Source of the DNA: Octopus bimaculoides
Lineage: Eukaryota
DNA: 64,000 nt
Assembly (NCBI RefSeq): GCF_001194135.2
Contig: NC_068985.1
Span: 40,688,646-40,752,645 of the forward strand
Direction: 5' to 3'
A program made the position numbers and the translations under genes. The notes under the pieces were generated by a model, which was not told the origin of the DNA, searched no databases, and worked only from the letters and a program-made list of their open reading frames with translations. Positions 11,321-25,437 of the stretch are shown here, piece after piece; position 1 is the first letter of the stretch; each line of letters begins with the position of its first letter.

Positions 11321-12277
11321 CAATGTATGTGTGTACATATACATACACACATATTATGCCCCCAGCACGATTTTCTTCTCAAGCCTTTGCCACCACTCAT
11401 TATTTCTATAATCTACCTCTTCATTTTCTTCATAATTGTATTATTTTATGTCTGTTATTAAAATGGGAGTAAAACTACATATTTCATCATCTTATTCTGT
11501 GATACTAGTTATCTTTCTCACTTAGCAGAACCACTTCACACCGTATTCATCCACAATTATTAATATTGTCCTTCTGCACTTGCATTTTATACTGATCACC
11601 CTTGTGTGCTACCAAAATTATCTCTCCTTCTCAATCACCGTACACATCTCACTCTCCTCCAGTACTACATCTGCCTCTCCTCTCACTCTCACCATTTCCC
11701 TGTATGCTGTATATTTAATATTCTGTTATTCCTCACCTACTTCTGTCCTGCCAGTCATCACTTATTCTTCCCTACATTCCCCTATCACATTGTATTTATA
11801 ACCAAATTAACCTATGTTTTTTAAAGTGGAATTTGATGTACTGAAACCGGTTGCATGTGTGTATTACTGATGCAAAATGGTGTTGCAGTTGCATCTCTCT
11901 ATGTAACAGGATAACCGTGCCAATCAATAAACAGAAATTGATAAAATAAATATCAGACTGAAATAATTACTGGGATTGATATGTTAGCCTAAAACCCTTG
12001 ATGGATGTAATTAATATAAAAGGATTAGGAGATAAGCAGCTGGCAAGAAAGGTGCCAGTTACTAGGCTCTCAGTTCATTAGATAGTTGATGATAATCTTT
12101 TTGTTTTAACGATTTTCCATCTTTCTTCCTAACATGGAAATTTTCTCCTAAGTACCTTAGAGGTTTTGCAAATACTGAACCAACCTTAATAGGTTTGGAT
12201 CTGGATTATGGTTAGAATTGAAAGATAAACACCAAGATATTGAGGAAGATAGTATCTTCCCACCTCCTAGTACTTAC

Positions 12278-12443
12278 TTTGGTATTCGCCACCATTCATC
12301 ATCTGCTATAGCAGCTCTTCCCAACTGTCCTCTGCTGTTATCTCCCCAGCTGTATACCTCACCACCTGTGTGCAGCACCAAACTGTGATAGACACCAATT
12401 GCCACTCGCTTCACATACAGGTTCTTCAATGCGGCCACATGTA
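12278..12443 (-). CDS. HERC4: HERC4-like, second coding exon (166 nt, RCC1 repeat)
   Basis: Acceptor tttacag|TA completes the phase-1 codon GTA. Reads HVAALKNLYVKRVAIGVYHSLVLHTGGEVYSWGDNSRGQLGRAAIADDEWWRIP. Donor AA|GTAAGT (phase 2). Confidence 0.9.
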
Positions 12444-14201
12444 CTGTAAAGCAAAAAAGAACAACAAAGTTTACATAAGTACAGTAAAAACAACACATCG
12501 TGGGAAGGGTACCTAAAGTTTAAAAGTTATATCTATATGAGGTGGTCTGCAAATATTTTAAATTTCAGTTAAACCCCCCACCACCACAACCACACAAGAA
12601 ATGAGGATGATTAATCATTCTGATATGTACAAAAAGAAGCAACAATACTGCATGGGTGTGTGCACACATATCAGAAATACTAAGTCAAAGTGTACTGAAC
12701 ATTACCAGATGATAACTTTATTATTTTTTTATAAGATAGTGCTATGATTTTAAACGATACAGATGAGATTATGGTTAACAATGCAAAAATCAAATAGCGA
12801 TTCACAGGAGCCAGTTACTTTATTTGTGAAACATTACAAAATAAAATAAAATACTTTTAAGATAACATTAAAGTAACATACGTTAAGCTGGAGAAGTGCT
12901 GTTATTTTATTGCTCAACTGCAAGAGTTTTTCACATTAGATCCTGTAGAGCAAACTCAACACAGGTAAAAGACTCTAAAGATGCTCTCCACAATGTTACA
13001 AATATAAACTAAAAACAGACTATAAAAGAGACTAGCCTCATAACATGGAAAGCATTATCCTGCATTTGAGAATAAAATTATTTCCTTGTCTGTATATTTC
13101 AATACATCTCAATGCTTCTAAAGCAAACTTACTTTGTTGACTTTCAACGTAAGTTGGATTTAACATATATATATATATATATATATATATTACTATCATG
13201 AAATTAGCATTAGCTTATCTCACTTTCTTGCAGAACCCCTAGGAACCTTTTGTGGAACTCCGGCTGAGAAACGCTGAACTAAACACTTGACATCCCCACT
13301 TAAACAAAGATTGGGCACCTGAACAGTCATTTTTTCTTTTTGTTAAGGAGTCTGAAATAGAGCAAGAAAGACTGTTCATAGCTCCTTTGGGGCCCTTATA
13401 AAGTGAGTGATTAGTCAATAGAAATGGTGTGAGGGAAGGACATTCTGCTTGAACTGTTGCAGGTTAGTAGTTCAATAAACAATGTTGCTTGCAGTTGTTA
13501 GAAGACAGGATTGGGGTTAAGTGCTTATGAGGTGTGGATGGACTACTTATTCAAGTGTGGGTGTTATGTAATCCAAGGTCAACTTTGATCAAGCAGACCT
13601 ATGGCATGCAAATAATCAGTCAGACACCCAACAAATCTATTGCTTCATGTATACCATACCTCTGCTTAGCTGAAAACAACACTGGGTGCACAGAGAATGC
13701 AATGGTTGACTGTGTGGAGTGAAGTGCAAAAGTTTGGATACATTCTATCCTCTCCACTGCCCAGTCTATTACATACACTTGTAATTGTTTAAACTAAGTT
13801 AGTTCTAACTGAGCAAATCTATGATCAAAGGCATTTTTTTCTCAGCTATAGTTATCTAACATTACATCATCAAATGTGGCCTTGTTTTTTCAAGGATAGC
13901 AAAATTTGATTTTAAGATTTGGTTAGCAAAAGAAATGGCTATGTAAAGGTTCCCTTATTGGCTTTTCTGCATAATTGTGGATCCTGATGGCAGCCATAAG
14001 GAAGTCAGCAGGAATGACAAAGTAGTAATGATATGAGGTGTGGCAGTGAATGAATTAAGATTAAGAGTAGTACAAAATTAGTGTGTTTATACCAGATCAG
14101 AGGCTATTATAGTAGTTAGGAGGCTGAACTGAACAGAACTAGATAGGGAGTTAGCAGTTAATGTATTGATCATTCTTTATTTCGACTAGATACAATCTAG
14201 A

Positions 14202-14243
<42 letters not shown>

Positions 14244-16454
14244 CTATGTGTCTTAAATGTGTGAATGTTACTCTAGTGTAGAGGAAGTACTTTTCTGTGT
14301 AAATGCTGTGTTAGAAACTGTTTAAGGCCAACATTTTGTTTTGGCTTTGAAGAGGAAATCCAACCTTTTATGATACACACAATGAGCTATGTGAAGAATG
14401 CAGTCAAAGGTGGGACAATAAGACCTACAGACACCATACACCAATGTATAGGTCCACTTAACTAAGTCAGTTAAATTGTATATATATTCAGCACACACAC
14501 ACACACACACACACAGATTTTATTCTCTTGATAGTCTTTCAAGTGATGGTTTTAAAACAAAGTTACAAAACCAAGATCAAGTTAGGGTAAATAAATTTTA
14601 GGTATTTGAACTTGATATCATTTATAGAAAATTTTAGAAGTATGAAAAAAAAAAGAAGTTAACTCAGTGTTGATGGACATTCTTCCATAAAGATACTGAC
14701 CACACATTGTTCATCCACCCCAACTCTCCAATTTATAAATATATCTCCTTCAAGCCATAAGGAGTTAGTGCTCAGTCTCATTTTCTGGGCATGACATAAA
14801 TGGTAGATATATCTTCCACTGGATATATCCTAGTCTATCATACATAACATTTCCAAATAATCTGCTAACTACTCCCTTGACAAATAAAAGAAACGAACTA
14901 CTATAGATCAAAATGTTCTACCCTAGAACAACAGAAAGGTTGCAACAGATTTTAACTATTGACCAACAACCAATGAATATGGAATATGTATGCTATTTGT
15001 CAGCCACCTTACTTAAACATAAACCAGTTGTTATTTAACCCCAGGGCAGCCCTCATCCAGCAGGCTTATGAGCAAAGATATTCTTCTGTTTTTATGATAG
15101 GTATGATTTGAGAGAGATTTGACTGGTATTTCTAATAGATCAAGAGAGCATGTAGAAACTTCTTCATGGACATAGTCCAATTCAGCTGTTATTGTTTAAC
15201 CTCTGATAATCTATGATCCAACAGGGTTACAACCAGAAACACTTAGCTGTGCTCAGCTCATCTATTATTCAACCACACTGTATCTAGTACTACATTATCC
15301 AATGTGACTTTCTTTAAAACAGTAGCTTATGATTTGAAGAAGATTTTGCTGCTATTTCTTCTAGCAAAATGAGTAACCATTTAGAGTCTCCCTTGTTAGT
15401 TCCTTGTTGTTGTGAGGAGTGTCTTCACTCATTTCCTGACATCAACATATGAAGATGATAAATAAGAAAACAAAAATTAAAAAACTATAGCTGCAGCTAC
15501 TGCAGTTTATGAGATGTTATATTAATACAGCAATAGATGTAGTTTAGGTGGGATAGTAGAACAGAAATATTGCAAAAGATGGTACTAGAAAAGCAAGAAA
15601 AAAAAAACATAACACGTAAGCATTCAACAGATTAATGTTGATGCCTATCATCTAACACCACTACTATTCAAACACCATGATGACAGAAAAAGATGAATTA
15701 CAGAGATGTTTCACTGAACATGTCCTGACTTGCAAACTCATAAGTTCCTATGCATCAAGGATGACGCTATGTGGGTTGCTAAGTAAAAAAAAACAAAAAA
15801 ACTAGACATGTGATTATGTGGAGAGAGAGAGATTGCTTGTTATAAGGAATAATGGTTGTAAGCCCAAGGTACTAGACCATTGATCCGATGGGCAGTAGTT
15901 CAAATTTTACTATAGTGCCTGTGTTGTCCCTGCTTCAGTCAATTAGTAACAGCTGGAAAAAGCAACAATCCCACCAGAAATAACTTCTACTTGACAGCTG
16001 ATAGTTAGAAGAACATTAAGGGTCCAAGCTTTACCATAGTCACTGTGAAGCACCTTAACCAACTTGGCTCAGACTGAAAAACAGACAAGTTGGTCTACTT
16101 CTGCTTCACAAATTGGGTGGTTAATGGTAGAGTATAAAGAGTTCAAACTAGAAGATAAACATTTTTGCTGAAGTAATTCTGATATGCTGTTAGTCAAAGC
16201 AGAAATCTCCACTACAGCCAGTGGTGGCTGACAACAAGTCCCACTTCTATTTCTACTTTATAGATTTGTTCGTAGTAGGATGGGTAGGTACTGTTGTAGA
16301 AAGATGAAGTGTTAGAAAAAAAGAAAAAAAAACACCACAAATTATATAGTAATCCAAGTTATTACAGCATCACAGTTTAGTACAGTAAGAAGAAAGTAAA
16401 AAATAAAGGAAGAAAAACTGAAAGCTATTGTTAAACAACCATAAATATTTGGGT

Positions 16455-16817
16455 GCAGAAATGGCTGTGTCGTAAGAAGTTTGCTTCCTAACTACATGGC
16501 TTTGGGTTCAGTTTCACTGCATGGCACCTTGTGCAAGTGTCTTCTACTACAGCCTTGGGCTGACCAAAACTCTGAGTGAAACCAGCCTGTTTATATGTGT
16601 ATGTATGAATGTGTTACTATTTTCTTGCCTTGCTTTCATGTAATAGTGTGTGCCCCGCCCCATCATACAAGCAGTGACTTTTATTTTCCATTTCCTTACT
16701 TTAATACAGGTGAGGGTGGGGACAGGAAGAGCATCCAGCAATAGAAAAATCTGCCTCAACAAATTTTGTCCAACCCATGCAAACATAGAAAAGTGGATGT
16801 GAAAACAATGAGGATGA
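16455..16817 (+). mobile_element. SINE with family-A head and RTE-like tail
   Basis: Head aaatggctgtgtcgtaagaag; tail ggaagagcatccagc...ccaacccatgcaaacatagaaaagtggatg. Confidence 0.7.
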
Positions 16818-17177
16818 ATTTTTATACTGAACTTTGAAAAATTGCAGTGATAGAGGAAGGAAAGAACATTAGTAAAGGCTAAATAAAGAATTGAACTTGC
16901 AACATGTAGGTCAACTTGAGCTTGAATCTCTTGCAAATGCTGTTTTGCACTTAGGAGTGATCTGTGATTTTTCATTTACTTTGTGGTATTAATAATACCC
17001 CTTTAGATTTAGAATTAAATACATGTTCAGGATGATTGACTTTCATCCTTCCAAGGAGCAGATAAAATCAGTATTGAGGTCAATTAAATTAACTGTGTTC
17101 AGCCCTAAAATTCATAGATTTGTACTGTTTGTACTACGTACGACTAGAAATATCAGCAACATCATTATGACAATAAG

Positions 17178-18426
17178 GAAACAGTAGGAAGGTAGATAAA
17201 ACACAAACCCCTTCAGGTAGATGGCCCTGCTCAGTATGTAGAAAAGGAGTAGGTAGTAACTCTATAAGATGTACCCGGTGCAAGCTATGGACACATAAGA
17301 GGTGCAGCAACATCAAATGCAGGTTAACTAGCAAGTTAGTTTTTGTTTGTGGCAGATGTTCAGGTGCAATAAAGACTGCAAACAAACAGGAAACAACTTC
17401 TATCTCATTCCAGGGTGAAAAACTAGAGGTAGTCGATAGCTTCCGCTATCTGGGCGACCAAGTTAGTAGTGGGGGTGGGTGCGCTGAAAGTGTAGCTGCT
17501 AGAATAAGAATAGCCTGGGCAAAGTTTAGAGAGCTCTTACNNNNNNNNNNNNNNNNNNNNNNNNNNNNNNNNNNNNNNNNNNNNNNNNNNNNNNNNNNNN
17601 NNNNNNNNNNNNNNNNNNNNNNNNNNNNNNNNNNNNNNNNNNNNNNNNNNNNNNNNNNNNNNNNNNNNNNNNNNNNNNNNNNNNNNNNNNNNNNNNNNNN
17701 NNNNNNNNNNNNNNNNNNNNNNNNNNNNNNNNNNNNNNNNNNNNNNNNNNNNNNNNNNNNNNNNNNNNNNNNNNNNNNNNNNNNNNNNNNNNNNNNNNNN
17801 NNNNNNNNNNNNNNNNNNNNNNNNNNNNNNNNNNNNNNNNNNNNNNNNNNNNNNNNNNNNNNNNNNNNNNNNNNNNNNNNNNNNNNNNNNNNNNNNNNNN
17901 NNNNNNNNNNNNNNNNNNNNNNNNNNNNNNNNNNNNNNNNNNNNNNNNNNNNNNNNNNNNNNNNNNNNNNNNNNNNNNNNNNNNNNNNNNNNNNNNNNNN
18001 NNNNNNNNNNNNNNNNNNNNNNNNNNNNNNNNNNNNNNNNNNNNNNNNNNNNNNNNNNNNNNNNNNNNNNNNNNNNNNNNNNNNNNNNNNNNNNNNNNNN
18101 NNNNNNNNNNNNNNNNNNNNNNNNNNNNNNNNNNNNNNNNNNNNNNNNNNNNNNNNNNNNNNNNNNNNNNNNNNNNNNNNNNNNNNNNNNNNNNNNNNNN
18201 NNNNNNNNNNNNNNNNNNNNNNNNNNNNNNNNNNNNNNNNNNNNNNNNNNNNNNNNNNNNNNNNNNNNNNNNNNNNNNNNNNNNNNNCGTTAGGAAGGGC
18301 ATCCAGCTGTAGAAACTCTGCCAAATCAGACTGGAGCCTGGTGTTGCCATCCGGTTTCACCAGTCCTCAGTCAAATCGTCCAACCCATGCTAGCATGTAA
18401 AGCGGACGTTAAACGATGATGATGAT
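17178..18426 (+). mobile_element. 5'-truncated RTE LINE spanning an assembly gap
   Basis: Homologous to 54025-54440 (PSGRWPCSVCRKGVG...DSFRYLGDQVSSGGGCAESVAARIRIAWAKFRELL). N gap at 17541-18287, then the tail and (GAT)n. Confidence 0.88.
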
Positions 18427-20227
18427 TACAAGACTTAATACTTTTTTCTAGTATTTAGTGATGTCTATTGATATTCAGTTCAGATGGTTTTTTACTGAAA
18501 CCACCTTTGGTCAGAGGTATGCTCAATCAGATTGAACTGAAGATAAACAACCACAACTAGGTATAATAGGCAATTGAATTTTGCTCTTTGGAAATGTTTT
18601 GCATGAGATGGGAGGAAATGAGAAGAAGGCAAGTATACAAAGTGGAACACATACCCAATTTCTCTAATTACGAGAAGAACCAGACCTTCTATGTATTAAG
18701 TTTAACAAGCCAGTAACCTATCTAGAGAAGGTAGGAGAGAAGGTTTATATTTTAACAACCACTTAACATCCTGAAACTGGAAATAAGTACCTGCCTTACG
18801 ATGAGTCTTTCAGTGTTTATGGGGACATTCACATTTACATTTTCACTTAGGAATTATCAGGCAATACAAAAAGTATTTACCATTACACACAGACACATTT
18901 GTTTCAGAAATGAGAAAAAATGTATTCAATACATAGAGTATGATTATTTATCTATACTTGGCTCCATCACCCTCCAGAACGTGAGAAATATAGTGGCTAC
19001 GAGGGAAGTGCCATCTCATCAATAGCTATTTCATATATATAACATTAAAAAATTGAAAAAAAAAAATCAATTTTTCTAATGTGCAGCAAGGTTACGGAAT
19101 TATAGTCAAGGCACATTTGCTTGACCCAACATTTTGCTGGGTCAAGCATGTTTAGTGCTTGACCAATTCATTTTAATGTCTGTTTTCCCATGTGACCTTG
19201 GGTTCGATGAGGACCTATTTGAAGCAGCATGTTACAGTACATTGCTTTTCATTTTGGCAACCTTTATCTGTTTTCAGAGAACTTTTATTCACTCATCTAC
19301 AAACTGTTCACAAGAAACTGTAACTCACTAGTTTACACACAGATGCATATACACAGGATGGGTTTCCATACAACTTCTGTCAACCAATTCTACTCATAAG
19401 GATTTAGTTAACCCAGAGCTACTGCACAAGACATCCAAGTTGTCATGCAATGGGACTTAACTGAAAACTATGCTACTGCAAAGCAGACTTTGTAACCACA
19501 CAGCCACATGGCATTTATGCATGTGTGTGTTTGGGCAGACTTGGACTGAAAGGTGCTAAACAATGAGCAACCAGTCATGGAGGTGAAAAGCAAGTGTCTC
19601 CATGTGGCTTCACCTCACATTGAATAGATGTTATTAGTGAGGAAATGAGTAAGAAAAGAACATATTATTTGGCCAAATCCAAAGAAAGCTCAGTATTACA
19701 GTCTAATTGATATTCACTGTTATTAAGTCTGGCAATCTTGGAAACAGAGTGAAAGTTTTGGTTTAGTTACTTTTTCTTTGTACTTTGGTTTACTTCACAT
19801 TTAAAACTGAATCATCTCTCTGACTTTGTAAGTTGTCTGAAAACAAGTCATTTTGGCAACCAAACACAACAGGGAAACCATTAATTGTTTTGCCATACTA
19901 TCAGCACTTCTGTTACTACTTAGAGGATCTGGGCTATAAAGAACAATGCTTAATTTAATTACAACAAAAAAAAAAAAATGATGTTACTACTTTACACAAA
20001 ATTTAACTTCTATGAGCTGGAGACCAGTGAAAGAATTCATATCATCACGAGATTTGAAACAGCCAAATATCTCTCTACAAACTATTTAGTATTTTTTAAA
20101 AAATGAAAACCACATAAATGAAGAATTTTCAGGATTGTTCACTCACTTCAGCATTGGTGTAACAACATTTGAGCTTTAATGAAATGAAGATTTGTGAACT
20201 CACTCTCAGTTCATATATACATATACT

Positions 20228-20879
20228 TCTAATATAATAAATGCAAAAAGTAATTTGTGTGTCAGTGTGTCACATTTTGACCCCCCCTCTCTCACTATTC
20301 ATTGACACTCCTACTATTTCTCATGTTGGGGTGAGAGTAATAGTAGGCATAGGAGACAGTGAGGGCGATGGCAGAGAGAAACAGAGAGAGAGAGAGAGAA
20401 AGAGAGACAAAGAAATTTAGGGAGAGTTGATGATGGCAGTGGGAGTAATAATAAGGGAGAGAGAAAGAGTGGGTATGTGAGAGAAAGTGGGACTGACCAC
20501 TGAACTAACATACTGAACGAACACACAAATTTAGCCTTTTTGTGATGATAATAGTATGAGCTGTAGTTGTGATAGAGGCAGAGGTGACAGTGGTACCTGA
20601 GTGGGTGAAGGATGAAGTGAGAGTAAGCGATGCGAAAGACAGTGGTGATGGTGATGAAGGGGGCGAAGTCAAAGGTATTGATGGTGGTGGTGTCAGAAGT
20701 CTGCATGGTGTGTGTATGGCAGATGTGGTGATGATGGTGGTGGTACTGTTGTTTATCATGCAACTTTGCAACAAGTTCCAAGTCAACAAATTATATCATT
20801 GTTGGGCCCAAGGCCTAATGAAGAGTCCTCCACAGGAGCTAGCTTAAAAGCCACCCCAATAGGGCGACTTTTAAGCTAG
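20228..20879 (+). mobile_element. Non-autonomous Helitron (candidate)
   Basis: 5' TCTAATATATAAA...gtgtgtcagtgtgtc. The 3' end has a GC hairpin about 9 nt before CTAG followed by T. The interior is low-complexity. The 5' flank is T, not the canonical A. Confidence 0.55.
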
Positions 20880-20885
20880 TATATC

Positions 20886-20933
<48 letters not shown>

Positions 20934-20945
20934 CACACACACTTT

Positions 20946-21305
20946 TTATTCTTTTCTTTTACTTGTTTCAGTCATTTGACTGCGGCCATGCTGGAGCATT
21001 GCTTTTAGTTGAGCAAATCAACTCCAGGATTTATTCTTTATAAGCCTAGTACTTATTCTATCGGTTGCTTTTGCCAAACAGCTATGTTACAGGGATGTAA
21101 ACACACTGGCATCAGTTGTCAAGCAATGTTGCGGGGACAAACACACACACACATATATACGATGGGCTTCTTTCAGTTTCCGTCAACCAAATCCACTCAC
21201 AAGGCTATAGTAGAAAACATTTGCCCAAGGTGCCACACAGTGAGACTGAACCCGGAACCATGTGGCTGGTAAGCAAGCTACTTATCACACAGCCACTCTT
21301 GTGCC
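20946..21305 (-). mobile_element. SINE family A
   Basis: Full-length reverse-complement homologue of 2287-2673. Confidence 0.85.
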
Positions 21306-22764
21306 TTATATGTATTTTTTTTTTCATGCAATAGATTGTACAAGAGATCATAATTGAGGTTAAAATTTATCATTAGCATTAATTCTTTTATTGTGGAAAT
21401 TTGATATATCCACTCAAAATGCCCTTAACTGCAGAAAGAATTTTTACATACCAATCTTTTGTTCAGGAATGTCATGTTTGAAACTATTCCTATTGAGATA
21501 TGACAAGTTTATTGGGGAAACGTGACTTGCAGAAAACACCAAGTCTGTTTTTTGGCAGTTAAAGGGTTAATGATAATTTGACTAAAAAATTTAAACCTAT
21601 AATGTGAGACTTCATGTGGTTATTCAACCTGCTAAATATAGCAGCCAAATCTCCTTCAGATCATATCCTACTGTCTTAAATAAAGATGGCTGTATTGGAT
21701 GAGGCAGCCCTGGATATAAGCAGGATGGTCATAGTTAGAACGTTTTTGAGCATAGATCTGCACAATTAGTGTTGACCTGTTGCTAAGCAACAACATGCTT
21801 TAAGTCCTAAAGTCTTAGAAAAAAATAAGAGATATTTTCTTCAATTGGTTACTGCTGTACAAAAGATAAGTTCAAATAAAGCTGACCAAATTTACCCAAT
21901 GACAACTGATTACTAACAAAAAATTCAGACATAAAAGATCTGTAAAATAACACCCACAATACCAATTCACTCTACCACCATCACATCTCATTATCAATCT
22001 ATCCTGTCCTAATCAACTACTCTCTGGTTACTGAACTCCAGTGTGTGCTAACACACATTCACACTATTAAATTGGTAATTATTTCTGTATACTAAAGGAT
22101 GGTAGTGGAGTGTTCTATATACTATACAGTATTCCCATGCATATCATATACAAAATTAATAATCGTTTCCTTGTTATTTGCAACATAAACGTACATATTC
22201 CCATTCAAAAACTGCGATAACCCAGCACTGTGCAGGGGAACAGCAATTGTTGCACAGATTGAGTTCATCTTGCACAAATAGACTCTATAGACAGACAAAA
22301 ATAGACAAGACAGTAAGATGGGTACATGCCCAGGATGTCATACAGCAACCCATACAATCCACCACTGTATGTCAGTATGTTCCTAATCTTTGAATGAGCA
22401 GACCTATAATCATAAGCATTTCAACCTTAGCCTCCTGTCCCCTCAGTATTGTATAATTATTATTACTAGATTATTCAGTATGTCCCCTTCTCTTCCAAGA
22501 TGGTAGGGTAATATTTAAGAGATTTGGCTGCCATTACTAGCAGGTTGAGCCTGTAAAAGCTCCCTCATTGGTTCTTCATCATCATCATTTTATGCATTTT
22601 TTAAATATTGGAATGTGTTGGACAGATGCCACAGTATCTCACCGCTTATCATAATCCTTCATTATCTGCTACACATACCAAGAGAAAAAGCTAGTCAACT
22701 TTGCTTTGCATTTTGTGTGATAATATTTTTAAAGCCTTTTGATACCAGCCTGTCTCGTGCTACC

Positions 22765-23340
22765 TGTGGTTCATATTAATTTATGCCACCAAAACACCAA
22801 AGTTATTTTATTAACTTTTTCATTATTTTCAAAATCAACCGTTGGTGCCATATAAAAAGCACCAGCACACTCTGAGGAGTGGTTGGCATTAAAAAGGACA
22901 CCCAACCTTAGAAACCAAGCCAAAACAGACTCCAGAACTTGGTGTGGCCCCTGACCTTGCCAGTTCCTGTCAAACCATCCAACCCATGCCAACATGCATA
23001 ACAGGTGTTAAATGTTGATGATAATAATGAATTGCAATGATAGCAGTATATTTACCTGGTTGGGTAAATAACTATTTCCATGTAAATATGGATAATCACA
23101 AGAACACAGTGCCATTTTTACATAAAAGTGCCCATGTGGTGCCACATATAAGCACCTGTGCAGTGCCATGTAAAAGCACCCAGCACACTCTGTAAAGTGT
23201 TTGGCATTAGGAAGGGCATCCAGATGTAGAAACCATGCCAAATCAGACTGGAGTTTGGTGCACCTCCCCAGCTTGCCGGTTTCATCAGTGTCCAACCCAT
23301 GCCAGCATGCACAACAGATGTTTGATGATGATGATGATAT
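22765..23340 (+). mobile_element. Two tandem RTE 3' tails
   Basis: The aaaagcacccagcacactct...ggaagggcatccag...ccaacccatgccagcatg motif occurs twice (about 22850-23010 and 23170-23340). Confidence 0.75.
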
Positions 23341-23967
23341 TCTAAAATGAAAGCTGTTTGATATCATTTTTTCCATTCAAGCCCAAGAAGGATGTTTTTG
23401 TTATTGGAGCAATTATATTTTTACAGATGGATATCTTTTCTATAACCAAACCATGAATTAGAACAAAAGTAGGTTTTATGCTGGTCAAGCAAACTGGCGC
23501 AAGCAGTGTTGTATACCAGTTTCAGACACATGAAATGGCTGTAGTAAAATTTAAATCACCTGCTGCATGACGAGAAATAGTTGAACACTATTGTGTTACA
23601 GCCATTGTATTTCATGTGGTGTTTATTTCAAATACTGATTTCTTCCACAGGTTTCAAGACCTCAAGTTGGGAAATGAGTATAGTCAGTTATATTCATATT
23701 GACCCCAGTACTGAACTAGTAGTTTTATTTTGTCAATTATGGAAAGATGAAAAGGTAAAGAAAACTTTCAGCAAGAATTAAAATAAGAATTACAAGAGGG
23801 TCACAACTAAATATTGCAAGGCATTTTTGCTAATTAAACTGTCAATATTCCTTTTGGATATTCAAAAGAGATATAATTAAAAATGGTAGACAGTGAGTGA
23901 GTGGGAGAACAAATTCAATGATACGGTTAGAAAAAAAGAAAACAATCAAATACTAAAAAGACCTTAC

Positions 23968-24208
23968 CTAGTCTGGTTCTAGATTTGTTGTGTCCCAACT
24001 GACTGTAGTCATTGTTACCACAGGAGTAGGTTTCACCATTTTCTAGGGCAATTAAAGTGTGGTGTTGACCACAAGCAATGCTCACAATAAGATTGTTTAT
24101 GTCATCAGAGTACAGTTGTTTAGGACTTGTTACAATGTGGACATCATCAGCTCCAATGCCCAATTGTCCATCTTGAGAGTTACCCCAACAGAACACTACA
24201 TTGGACAT
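23968..24208 (-). CDS. HERC4: HERC4-like E3 ubiquitin ligase, first coding exon (RCC1 repeats)
   Basis: Translates MSNVVFCWGNSQDGQLGIG...IVSIACGQHHTLIALENGETYSCGNNDYSQLGHNKSRTRL. The polypyrimidine tract plus AG acceptor ends 6 nt before the ATG (exon starts at 24214), and the donor is G|GTAAGG (phase 1). The N-terminus resembles vertebrate HERC3/4 (MLCWGNAS.GQLG). Confidence 0.88.
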
Positions 24209-25394
24209 AGTGGGCTACAGGGCAGGAAAAAAAAAAGCCACTGGCCAAAGACAATGAATTACTTCATTCAGCCAGAACTGTATTTTGCTTCAATTCAGGT
24301 TATATCCTTCTTTTAGGAAATTTGCCTCCAAGATTGACAGCTGCAAATAGTAAACAGAAAAATATTAAATGAAAGCATTTAAACAATATATGAGAGAAGT
24401 CTCAAAGTATAAATAAATAAGTAAACAACAAAAGTAGGACAGTTACTTGGCTCAAAGAAACTAGTGTTGATCAGAAGATGGGCAGTGACAATGACCCACA
24501 CAGGTCCACTCAAACTAATGAGGTTGATGTGGTTCGTTAAGCCTGAAAACATCTGCAAGAAAACCACGGGTAGGGAGAACTCAGCCAAAGACATCCAGGA
24601 GCCAGGTGATGGTATTAACCTAGGCCTACAAAACTTTGTTAACTGAATCAGTAAATAATTCAAAGTACTTCTGAAATCATTACTGCTGAACATCAATTTT
24701 TCCACCTTTAGAAGTTCTTTTTTTTCTTTTTTTTTGGAGTGTGGAGGGGAGAAGAGTAGAAACTTATATAAGCAAGCCAGTCAAATGCAGCCTGTAAATT
24801 ATCACCTATGTATAAGTAAGCCAATCAAATGCTGCTTGTAAATTAGCGAAGCAATCTACAAGCTGACACTTCAGGGACAGCTTTCTATTGACATTATTTT
24901 CTGAATTAGATTTAACAGCCTGGTTGCCACCCTATTGCAGCAAGTATCAAATGAACCAAATACTGAACAAGTTAACAAGGTCAGTGATCCAATGTAAAGT
25001 GTGAATATGCTCTGGATAATCTTTGTTTTTCCTACCACCTTGTGCTTCTGCAATTAGGTGCAGACCAACTTGATTATTGAGGCATGAAAGACATCACCTT
25101 GATGCTGGTGTCTTTCATGTCAGCTGACACTGCCCTTGTATGTTATGTTGCAAACAAGGCTGTGCATAGGCAAAAGATCTTCCTTGCATAAGGAGAAGGG
25201 TAATATGTTCAGTGCCATATTATATTAACAATTCTGGAGCAATAAAAGAGTGAAACCTTGAGGTAGTTGAAATAACAATGGTAGAGAATGATACAATGAA
25301 AAGAAAAAAATTACTATTGATCAACATGGATGTAGGGAAACACAAACAAAAACTGAAGAAACCAAAATGTATATAATGCAGAAAAACAGAGAAT

Positions 25395-25437
<43 letters not shown>

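Noticed and set aside
20314-20847. ORFs of 92-155 aa with His/Thr/Ser or Gly/Asp runs
   Set aside because: Translations of low-complexity (GAT/GGT, GA) sequence inside a repeat; no domain or splice support.
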